52,704 nt of DNA, taken from positions 1-52,704 of the forward strand of contig JAQGDQ010001242.1 of the NCBI GenBank assembly GCA_030141605.1, read 5' to 3'. Positions within the stretch are counted from its first letter, which is position 1. Each line of letters opens with the position of its first letter. The notes under the pieces are model-generated. The model did no database searches. It was not told where the DNA came from and worked only from the letters and a program-made list of their open reading frames with translations. The stretch is from Tubiluchus corallicola (taxonomy: Eukaryota; Animalia; Priapulida). A program made the translations under genes and the position numbers. Positions 41,071-52,704 of this stretch are shown piece by piece.

Positions 41071-41117
41071 AAGACGAGGAGAAACGAGTCTCTCTCTCTC
41101 TCTCTCTCTCCCTCTCT

Positions 41118-41309
<192 letters not shown>

Positions 41310-41656
41310 AAAGGCAAGAAAAATCAATAAATGTGGCTGAGATCAAAGAAAACTAGCAGCCTAATTCGAGCAGCTTTGCCGGATCAAGAATTCTTGCAAC
41401 ATCAAAAACCCATTGAATAAGCATCAATACCCCACTCAGAAAACTCTATAGATGTTCTTCAAATCCACGGAAGCTGATGCATCATAATTAATCTGGCAAA
41501 GCATCATTTCTGCAGAGATTGATTATGTAAAGATGGGTACTGACGCATCATCTTTCTGACTTTCTGTTTGATCTTGCACCAACAACGTCATTCAGAATGT
41601 TTTGCAAGCCGCGTGGCGGCGCTGGTGTCGTTTTTTACGCCAATGTGGCTCGCATG

Positions 41657-42943
41657 CATTGGCGGCTCGTGTATAGGTACTGTAGAACTGCAGTGCCCTC
41701 TGTATTCACTCAATATTATCGATAATAATAATTATGATTAATAAAAATCTTTATTGAAAATGATACAATGATATGATATTATAATATTCAATACAAAGTC
41801 TTTTTACTGTAGTTCTTTCTTTGTACTTCTACAGAAGCAGAGCACGTGAGGGTGGTACTGTTTGCTTCACAGCCCAGCAGAGTGCGCTACAGCGTCCCGA
41901 TGTTCGATGTCCCTATAAAGAACCCAACAGTTTAAAGTAACTAAATTTAGTTTACAAGTCGCAGCCTGAGAGTTAATCAAACTGAAAATTAGGCAAGTCT
42001 TAACTGTATCGCTGGAGGCACTGTCAAGATTCTGTCGTGAATGAGTGATCAACTGAACATAGCCACGTGTTGCAATGCACTCAAGGGTGTGTCTGGATAT
42101 TAATTACAGGTGTTCGCTTTGACTTCCCGTTATTAGTCTGTACCTGGAAGCACAGAAATACACAGAGATCCATGGGTCCAATGACGGCTCGTAGGTAACA
42201 TTAGTGAGATGCTATTTCAGAAAATTTTCAGCCATTGTTTTAATACTGTGTAAAACGTAACAAACGTGTAATTTTAATGTTGTAATTGTAATTTTAAACA
42301 GACATACAGACGAAAGTTTATACATAAACTTGATAAAATCCCATTGTTTGCTTACTAATAGCCTAAATTGTCACAGTTGAAACTCCATCCATTCACAGTA
42401 AGCACGTGACTACTGACAACAAACTGTGTGAGGGACAATACTTTCTCTACTTGGCCTGAGACATGTGCGCTTCTCGCATGCGCACAACAGCCAAACATCA
42501 CGTTGCTGGAGCTCAGTGTGCTGGACTGTGAAGCAAACAGTACTACCCTCACTTGCTCTGGTTCCGTACAAGCATAAAAAAGAACTAAAGAAAAAAAGAG
42601 AAAATAATATTGAATATTATTGATAATACTAAGTGAAAATAGGGGGAGCTGCAGTTCAAGCTTGATCCATTCTCGGTAAGCAGGTGACAACTGACAACAA
42701 AACTGTGTGAGCAACAGTACTTTCTCTACCTGCGCACAGACAATGCGCATTCTCGCATGCGCGCAGCAGCCAAACACCATGTTGCTTGGACTGTGAAGCA
42801 AACAGTACTACCCTCACGTGCTCTGGACTGTACAAGTATAAAGAAAGAACTACAGAAATTGTTATATTGAATATTATCGAAAATATCGAGTAGAAATAAG
42901 GGGTGCTGTCGTTTCCACAGTACCTATACACGAGCCGCCACTG
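41657..42943. mobile_element. Element, or pair of opposed copies, with long imperfect inverted ends, hAT-like termini and an internal ~270-bp direct duplication
   Basis: CATTGGCGGCTCGTGTATAGGTACTGT / ACAGTACCTATACACGAGCCGCCACTG; 41805-41878 inverts 42785-42855; no TSD visible. Confidence 0.65.
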
Positions 42944-43161
42944 CATAGGCTAGACATACGTGAGTAAAAGAGGTACTGGAAGAAATATAACTTGTTTTTG
43001 CTCGGGAAATTTTAGTTTTTTTACAGACAATATTCACCTATTCAATAAACACTTAGTGGCATGTGAACAACTTTTACGTCATGTTCTCTAAATTCCAAGG
43101 AATTCTCATTGTAGTATGACAACATGTCTTGATGATACGTATCATCTTACAAAGATTATTG

Positions 43162-43695
43162 TTAAAGGAAGAGAGGATGATTTTTCATATATTACCCCGT
43201 TTTCAAGTCCGTCAAAAAGTTTACATTTTAACATAATTAATACTGCAAAAGCATTTCTGACAATTAAATAACAGATTAAAAACTGAATTAACAGTGGGCG
43301 AGCGAGCTCAACTAATGACGACTTCACAAACTAACGTAATTTTCAGCAGCACAAATATTCTGTGCGCGCGTTGCACGCGTTTGCGAAAGCGAAAATTGAA
43401 GTACAGTGCTACTGTAAGATACTCAGTGTGTTGTACTAAAACTAGGCAAATTTTAAGATAAAAAATCAAATTTCAATTTTTCCCTGTGCTCACGTATGAG
43501 CTGTCGAACATGTGCAGTTCGTCACAAACTAACACATCTGATACACAACACAAACTAATACATTTTAACACAATTTAGACTGCAAAGGCGCTTCTGATAG
43601 TTTAATAATGGATTAAAAACTAAATTAACGGCGGACGGGTGAGCCCAACTATTGATGACGTCACAAACTAACATAATTTCCAACAGCAAAAATAC
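43162..43695 (-). mobile_element. Family A (Kolobok-type) right part, inverted, plus a second fragment
   Basis: Begins TTAA|AGG at 43162; reverse complement of 51845-52083 and 50990-51320. Confidence 0.8.
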
Positions 43696-44331
43696 GACAT
43701 TATAAATTATTCGCTAGCAATGGGAGGCTGAAGTTTTTCGAAGCATGCGAGACTGTAGCTACGAGGTAACGAATTTCTGATTAACGCGAAGAGAGTATTC
43801 AGAGTAACAATGACGCTACACACAAAAGTTGTAATCGCGGCTTACATCTAGTGACCTCCAGAATTTCTTTAGCTCGACTCCGCCCTTCGATGATAGGTGT
43901 CGCTCCACTCCCCGTGCTGGAATGCTCGATCGTATCTGCTAAAGCTAATGGCTTAATAGCTCTTCGCGCTTAATGAAAGTAAACAGAATATGGCAAACTC
44001 TCTAGTCAAACAGTCCAAAGTAGTGTTCGCCTAGTTCTCTCGTCTTTTCAAATTTGCTTAGGAAAAGTGCCCTTGGCAGTAGTCTCTTTACGAGGCAGTG
44101 ATGAATAATGCTGGCTATTCAGAGGGGGGGTATGGAACGCATGTGGGCGAGGGGGTGGGATGCGTAAGCTCTTGGGGGCGGAAATACACGGATATTAAGG
44201 TTAATGTGCAGCGGCTTTTATAGACAAACGCATCTTGCGGGATCCAGTAAAATGAGTCGAAATAAACCGTGTCAGAACATGTACCGAGACCTTACGTGGA
44301 TAAAAATGTCAAATACCGACTTTAAATAAAG

Positions 44332-44364
<33 letters not shown>

Positions 44365-44439
44365 GTTGTTGTTGTTGTTGTTGTTGTTATTATTATTATT
44401 ACCATCATTATCATTATCATTATCATTATCATTATCATT

Positions 44440-44473
<34 letters not shown>

Positions 44474-44528
44474 ACGTCAACGTCAACGTCATCGTCATCA
44501 TCATCATAATAATCATCATCATTATCAA

Positions 44529-44560
<32 letters not shown>

Positions 44561-44732
44561 CCATCATCAACATCATCATTATCAACATCACCATCATCAA
44601 CATCATCATTATCAACATCAACATCAACATCAACGTCAACATCATCATCATCATCATCAGCATCATCATCATCATCATCATCTTCATCATCATCATCATC
44701 ATCATCATTATCAACATCAACATCAACATCAA

Positions 44733-44771
<39 letters not shown>

Positions 44772-44836
44772 TAACATCATCATCATCATTATCATGATCA
44801 TCATCATCATAATCATCGTTGTCATCATCATCATCG

Positions 44837-44873
<37 letters not shown>

Positions 44874-44928
44874 AATCATCATCATCATCATCATTATCAT
44901 CATTATCATCATCATCATGATCATCATG

Positions 44929-44969
<41 letters not shown>

Positions 44970-44991
44970 TATTGCTATTACTATTATTATT

Positions 44992-45059
<68 letters not shown>

Positions 45060-45065
45060 TATTAT
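44332..45065. repeat. (ATT)n/(ATC)n compound microsatellite
   Basis: Directly visible. Confidence 0.98.
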
Positions 45066-46064
45066 AAGTGAAAATGTTCCTAATTACTTTTTCTAATATA
45101 CACTTTACAAACGTCACAAACATTGCTGCTTTAGTGTTGACTTCTTAGACTAATTAACTATAATTAATCAAGGATTCACTCATTCAACCAAGTCTTCTTC
45201 ATTCACCCATTTCAAGCAAATCCCTTTAACTATTTCATTCATTAGAATTTCTCGGAGGTCGTCTCTGCAGTTTTCTCACTAACTGTGCAAATATTCCTGT
45301 TTATTGCTGCTGTAAAGTGGAATAATTACTGCTGGAGGCAGTAAATTTCAATTAATTCAACACCGTCAGACCGCTAATGGCTTGAAATTTCCTCTAATGC
45401 GCATGCGCACGCTGAGCAAATTTCGTGTTTCTAGCGTTTTGCTAAAAACGCTTTTTAAAGGACAAGAAAAAGGGGTACCTGAAGTAAGTTTCAGAAAAAT
45501 TACCTCTAAAAATTATATTACTATATAGCAATTTTGTGCGTATAAGGTTCTCGAGTTAAAAGAAATTTTTGTTTGTTTTCATTGTAAATATCCCATAATA
45601 CTGTTCCGACAGCGCCATTACATGACGTCATATACGCACAACGTAAATAAGGGGAAGAATAGGAAATGTTAAATTGTGTCCCCAAAAAACTTTCCATGCA
45701 AAGTTATATTACTTGGCATTTTGCTTACCTGCTGGAAAGACTTATGTAACTAGAAAAGAAAATTATTAATTGCTTCAAATGTTACACCTGTTTGTTTTTT
45801 AGTAAACTTCTGCTAACCACTTCAAAATCTGAAAATATGCATGTATAAGATAAATATATGCGTTGTTTTTTCTTCTTCACGAATACAGCCATCGATGTTA
45901 CATTAATAAAACATGAAATCGTCAGTCTGTTAACAGAGAGATTAAATCTTATAATTTATGCTGAAATGTGTTAAATGTTTCTGGTTAAATAAGAAAGAAG
46001 TAATTGCGTGGTTAAATTTTGCGAGGATTTCTCACAAATATGGAACATGCAATGTTCCTACTAT

Positions 46065-46335
46065 GTCGCAAAATTCTTCACGAGGAGGACACATAGCTTC
46101 TGGCAGGCAACGGAATTTCACATGAGCAGGACGCATAGCTTCTAGCTAGCAACAGTATTCCTCACGAGGAGGATGCATAACTTCTGGCTGGAGGCCGAAT
46201 TCCTTGCGAGGATGCAGAGCTTCTAGCTGGTGGCAGAATTCCTCACGAGGAGGATGCATAGCTTCTAGCTGGCAACAGAATTCCTCGCAAGGAGGACGCA
46301 TAGCTTCTAGCTGGTGGCAGAATTCCTCACGGGGA
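46065..46335. repeat. Minisatellite, ~42-bp unit, ~6-7 diverged copies
   Basis: AATTCCTCACGAGGAGGA.GCATAGCTTCTAGCTGG; unit starts near 46237, 46279 and 46321. Confidence 0.88.
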
Positions 46336-46734
46336 ACTGCACGAGGCATTTTTCTGCATGTCCTCATTGTGAAATGGGCCTAACATTTTTTACCTTTGTT
46401 CAAAAAATTCATAAAATGGCTACGCGTGAAACAAAACGTGGATTTTGGGCAGACTGTGGAATTTGTGGGTTGGAGAATTGCGCGAAATACTTTCTATTTC
46501 AAAAACTACACACGAATGGATATAGGTGGCACTTCTCTTTCAGCATGCTTCAAAGTAAACGAAGAAAATTAAAGGAAACGTGAACCACTTTATAATCACT
46601 GCTATTTTTGCCAATTGATGGCGCCACAATTTTGCTTAATCACTACATCAAGTGTTTAGGTAGCACTCAAAAACCGACAAAAATATTTTGATTCTAATTT
46701 ATGTTCCATTAAAGGTAATACAACATACAATATT

Positions 46735-46838
46735 TAATTACTTAATTCCTAAATTAATTAATTAATTACTAAATTAATTAATTAATTACTAAATTAATTA
46801 ATTAATTACTAAATTAATTAATTAATTACTAAATTAAT
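46735..46838. repeat. 20-bp AT-rich repeat (AAATTAATTAATTAATTACT), ~5 copies
   Basis: Directly visible. Confidence 0.95.
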
Positions 46839-47357
46839 GCTAGTTATATTTTAATTAACGTTGCAGCTTCAAGACAAATGACATTTTTTGTAAATAATAA
46901 ACAGAATGGGGGGGCACACCCTTCGGATTCCACCCTTAAGAACTGCTTAGATGTCACATTTTACCTGCCGCTATCATTGGCGTTTGGCCAATTGCAGACT
47001 TATTTATGGTCGCCTAATCATATTATCACAGAAAGCAGTGTTGCTTAACTGAACACAGTTAAGTATTGCTATTATACAAGTGCAAAAGTGTCCAATGTCA
47101 AAGTATTCGTCAAACGTGCCCCTAATGGAAAAGCGACAAAAATCTTTCAATTTGTGGTGCACTGACAATAACCTGAAGTGATACTTTAACCCTTTTGTAT
47201 GCGCGTGCGCATGAGACACTAATAATGCAATAAATATTTCACACGTCTTCAGTCGGCAAATACCAACCCACTTGAAAATGCTTTGATTTCGACTCTAGCA
47301 CAGGGGCACTGCAGTGCACGGCTTCACGAGCAGTTGCTAATTATGACCAAATATGGG

Positions 47358-47371
47358 GTTGCCAAGGCAAC
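47358..47371. promoter_or_regulatory. RFX X-box-like near-palindrome GTTGCCAAGGCAAC
   Basis: One mismatch to GTTGCCATGGCAAC, in a CpG-richer region with nearby splice donors. Confidence 0.45.
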
Positions 47372-47831
47372 AGCGCGCCTATATAAAGCGCAAGTGCTGA
47401 CACATACACAGCCGCAGAGCTAGGATCCCTATCATCGATTTTCTGTCTTTATTACGATTGCGGATTTCGCATATAGCTCGCGTGTTGTCCGAGCAGGGCT
47501 GGTGAAGACTGTTTTTTATTAGGACTACGTACAAGTATACGGTAATTCGCTTACCGGTTGATTTACCGAACAATCGGTCCACATTCTGATGCAGAAACTG
47601 AGAGTCAAGATGCTGAAGCGATGAAAAATATAAAAGCAATTTAAAATCTGCAGAAAAATCCACAGACAATAGAATAAAAACGCGGCTCAAAACCACGCAA
47701 ATCAACAACATCGACAACCACGTGGCATTGTTTATTTCTGTTCAAAAGCGCCACCTATCCGGCGGAACGCGCAACGAAAAGTGTCAACAGTCAAGAGATG
47801 TTACCGCTGGAATATTGAGGCCAAGTGCTTA

Positions 47832-47860
47832 ATGAATAAATCATCGTCTGAAGCCAACGG
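47832..47860 (+). CDS. Possible first coding exon (MNKSSSEAN-) of a gene continuing beyond the window
   Basis: ATG followed by a consensus GG|GTGAGT donor in a promoter-like region; no downstream exon identified. Confidence 0.25.
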
Positions 47861-48184
47861 GTGAGTATACGTTTATTGTTTAATCAGTAAAGTAATTAGC
47901 AGTATGGTTTGGCGTGTAAAGACGGCATGGAGGCGTTCGTAAGTGGGTGATTATGCCGCACTGTGAGTAGCGATGCATAATGATTTGATGCAAATTCTGT
48001 GTACGTCTGTTGGTAAGTAGGACTTGTTTGATCACGCAATATGGAACGGTAAGTGATTTAGGTATCGCATCTGCAGTGGATGATGGTTTATGTTTCTTCA
48101 AGTGGCCTTGAAGCTCAGGAAAACATGATACTGTATGTGTTTTTTTAATTATGATCTATAGTTAAGCAACGATAATTTGAATTT

Positions 48185-48748
48185 AAGGAAAGAACAAGTC
48201 ACTCAGTATGTTGGGTTTATTTTACTGTTATCACTTAAACTGTTTGTGGTGTGCAAAAGGAAAGAAGAAGTCACTCAGTATATTGGGTTTATTTTTTACT
48301 GTTATCACTTAAACTGTTTGTGGTGTGCTAAAGGAAAGAACAAGTTACTCAGCATGTTGGGTTTATTTCACTGTTATCACTTAAACTGTTTATGGTGTGG
48401 TAAAGGAAAGAGCAAGTCAGTCAGTATGTTGGGTTTATTTTACTGTTATCACTTAAACTGTTTGTGGTGTGCCAAAGGAAAGCACAAGTCACTCAGTATG
48501 TTGGGTTTATTTTACTGTTATCACTTAAACTGTTTGTGGTGCGCTAAAGGAAAGAACAAGTCACTCAGCATGTTGGGTTTATTTTACTGTTATCACTTAA
48601 ACTGTTTGTGGTGTGCTAAAGGAAAGAACAAGTCACTCAGTATGTTGGGTTTATTTCACTGTTATCACTTAAACTGTTTGTGGTGTGCTAAAGGAAAGAA
48701 CAAGTCACTCAGTATGTCGGGTTTATTTTACTCTTATCACTTAAACTT
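48185..48748. repeat. Minisatellite, 72-bp unit, ~7.8 copies
   Basis: AAGGAAAGAACAAGTCACTCAGTATGTTGGG...CACTTAAACTG recurs; gives the 24-aa repeat ORF. Confidence 0.96.
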
Positions 48749-48762
48749 AGGAAAATATATCA

Positions 48763-48915
48763 AAGAAATTTGCTGAATAGAAGTTTTTGCCACCAATGAC
48801 TTGAAAATCGAGAAGTAACTGGGAGACTTCGTGGCTTTTCGTAAGCGCGCGCTGCTTAAACTAATTCAAACTTGTGGAGACTACCCTACGATATAATTAC
48901 AAACGCCTCCTTTAA
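48763..48915 (-). mobile_element. Family B fragment, inverted, ending CCT|TTAA
   Basis: Reverse complement of 23040-23225. Confidence 0.65.
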
Positions 48916-49117
48916 TTAGTAGTGTACAATCAATTTTCCTCAAAAGTAATCAAAAGGTCCCAAGTTCAAATCATACCTCAGCCAATGCTTTTTCCTACAT
49001 TCTTTAGTTAACGTTATTTAACTTAATGTTTTTTCATAATTAATAGTTAAAATTTATAATGATATTTCAAATTTTATTCATTGATTTTTATGTTGCTAGA
49101 CAGTAGCGTTCGTTTAA

Positions 49118-50339
<1,222 letters not shown>

Positions 50340-50677
50340 TTAATCATTCAGCATTTCACTAGAAGCATGGATTTTATGGATTATGGATTTTAGTTAGAGT
50401 TTTGTAATGCAGGTTTTACGTGACGTTGTAATAATAAAACCGGCTTGAAAGTAATTTGCTGATGTAAGCAGTCTTCGTGAAATGTTAATTTAAGCAAAAC
50501 ATTGTCAATATGAGTTCGTCTGCAGAAAGCGAATTTCCTGGAAATATTACGTAAAATTTTATTCGTATGGCATTTATTTCCGTTTCAAAAGACCAAACTA
50601 TTGAAACCGAAAATGCGGGAATTTTAGCTAAAACATTAGCTAACTGAGGTAAAAAGTTACGAGCAGCGTGTACTTGG

Positions 50678-50725
50678 TGACCGCAGTTAAGCAACACTGA
50701 GTCTAGTTAGTAAATGGGTGGTACT
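50678..50725 (+). pseudogene. 5S rRNA-like fragment (5S-derived SINE head or pseudogene)
   Basis: GCAGTTAAGCAACACTGAGTCTAGTTAGTAAATGGGTGG resembles 5S AGTTAAGCA...GGTTAGTACTTGGATGG. Confidence 0.5.
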
Positions 50726-50972
50726 CCGGAAAAACTGCTTATGGGCGGCGTTTTTTGCTATGCTGCCAATACGCAGGGGCGCAGCAAAACGTGACTAAAA
50801 CATATATCAGTTTATGTGGCCCATTTCTAACAACGAGCTAGGATCCAGTCCCGCCACGCCAAAGCTAGCTACATTAAGATGGCTGTGACGTTATACTTAT
50901 AACAAAAAGTATAGTTTGCATAGTATAGGCTGCATCTGATAGTAAGATTATTTTAATAATTATTATTATTGC

Positions 50973-51322
50973 TAAAAAAACAGGTGCTGCACCTCTCAGT
51001 TCAGATGTGTTAGTTTGTGACGTACTACAAATGTTCCATAGCTCATACGTGAGCAGAGCGGTAAATTTGAAATTTAAATTTTCATCTTAAAACTTGCCTA
51101 GTTTTAGCACAACACACTGAATATCTTACAGTAGCACTGCATTTCAATTTTTCCTTTCACAAACACGTGCAACACGCTCGTGGTATATTTTTGCTGTTGA
51201 AAATGATGTTAGTTTGTGATGTCGTCAATAGTTGGGCCCGCTCGCCGTTAATTAAGATTTTAATCTATTATTTAATTATCAGAAATGCTTTTGGGGGTAT
51301 TATTGGTGTTAAAATTTATACT
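50973..51322 (+). mobile_element. Family A internal fragment
   Basis: Colinear with 34715-35010 and 49300-49570. Confidence 0.85.
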
Positions 51323-51844
51323 ACGCAAGTTCACTGGTTTAAAACTCATTCATTATGTTACCTCAAACTCATAAATTCACCGCTACCGTGAAGGGGGGGG
51401 GGGCGGCCGCTTGGGCCCACCCCTAAATGCAGAAGTGCAGTAAAAGCTAGCTAAAAACTGTATACTAGACGAGTGAGTTGACAATCTACTGGACAATTGA
51501 GACAATACTGGACAGTATCTAGACAACAGAAATCGATCAGAAATTCCACACAATGTAAGTGATGTACATAAACACAACTTCACTGTGCAAATCAGCTGAC
51601 TGCTCGCGCAAATCAGCAGACAAACAAACAAGGTAGTTGATGTATTTCGTGGTTTACTGCTAAAAGTATTTTAGCCATAATTTTTTCTTCGATTCAATTC
51701 AATTCAAATTTATTTTCTCAATAGCAGTTAAAACTCGACATAATTATTCTTACATTTCATTGCAACTGAGCAATGAGCAGCGAAAGACTGGTCACTTCTG
51801 TGCTCTGTGTAAGTAAGGAATTCTGTGGCCCCTCCTGAAACCCG

Positions 51845-52083
51845 CAACTTCAATTTTCGCTTTCACAAACACGTGCAACACGCTCGTGGAACATTTTTGC
51901 TGTTGAAAATGATGTTCGTTTGTGATGTCATCAGTAGTTGGGCTCGCCCGCCGTTAATTAAGTTTTTAACAAATTATTTAATTATCAGAAACGCTTTTGC
52001 AGTATTAATTGTGTTAAAATGTATACTTTTTATCGGACTTCAAGATGGGGTAGTGTATGAAATATCATCCTGTCCTCCTTTAA
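51845..52083 (+). mobile_element. Family A right end, terminating CCT|TTAA
   Basis: Colinear with the other family A copies. Confidence 0.85.
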
Positions 52084-52704
52084 ACTTCCAGAGCAGGAAA
52101 GTCAACTTGTGGCAGCTATCCCTGAAATGCAGTTCTTACTGCTGCTACTGATCTAAGCAGTTCCAAACAACAAGGACCACCCCCCCACCCCCCCAAGGGC
52201 ACTTTCATTCTTAAATGGGCTGGGCAACGCTTTAAACTTACAGTCTTTGGTGCTGGTGCTTTAAACAACGCTAAATCTTAGCCAAAAAATCTCCAAATTT
52301 GGTGCCTTAACCTTTACATGTTCAGTTGCTTCAGTCATTACAAATATCACCATCAGCCAAAGTATTCTCAATCGATAAACAACCATTCAACTTGGCGGGC
52401 ATTATTAATCATATATTCGAGCTCGTTATGTCGGATGTGGAAATAACAGTGCAAATTTAGAAGATTGACTATCTATCGGGTACATGCGCCTGGAGGAAAA
52501 TGTCGTGTTTATAAACTAATGCTTTGTTTGTAGACCAGCGTTACTATTTATACAAGAAATCTTCGCGGTTTGTATGTCCTTGTGTCTGTTTCCATAAAAA
52601 GCGGCACTGTTAGTCAGTGTTAAGATTAGTTAAGGAAAATATACCGCGTCTCCAGATTGAATAATTAGCAAAGCTTGATTAGTGCAGGTGACTAATTGCA
52701 TTCT

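Noticed and set aside
48177-48776. 199-aa ORF with CYHLNCLWC repeats resembling a metal-binding protein
   Set aside because: A 72-bp minisatellite that changes frame after the first units; no other coding evidence.

Overview
AT-rich, repeat-dense animal genomic DNA, probably a marine invertebrate, with spliceosomal GT-AG introns and no prokaryotic features. Genes read from the sequence: (1) the last seven coding exons of an AAMP WD40 gene on + (3264-11086; its 5' exons lie before the window); (2) a complete three-exon CD225/dispanin (PRRT-like) gene on - (39398-21899, 364 aa); (3) an unrecognised five-exon gene model on - (18738-15157); (4) a possible first exon near 47.8 kb. Two structures stand out. 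One 84-bp AAMP exon is repeated five times head-to-tail with units coinciding with the exon boundaries, so every junction is a CAG|GTAAG dual splice site. A near-perfect inverted repeat of at least 364 bp encloses two class A GPCR fragments in tail-before-head order, apparently inside an AAMP intron. The rest is at least ten unrelated minisatellites (one with paired CTCF-like motifs), Kolobok-type and hAT-type non-autonomous transposons, LINE/SINE remnants and long compound microsatellites. These repeats explain most long ORFs in the track. All calls were made by eye and repeat coordinates are approximate.
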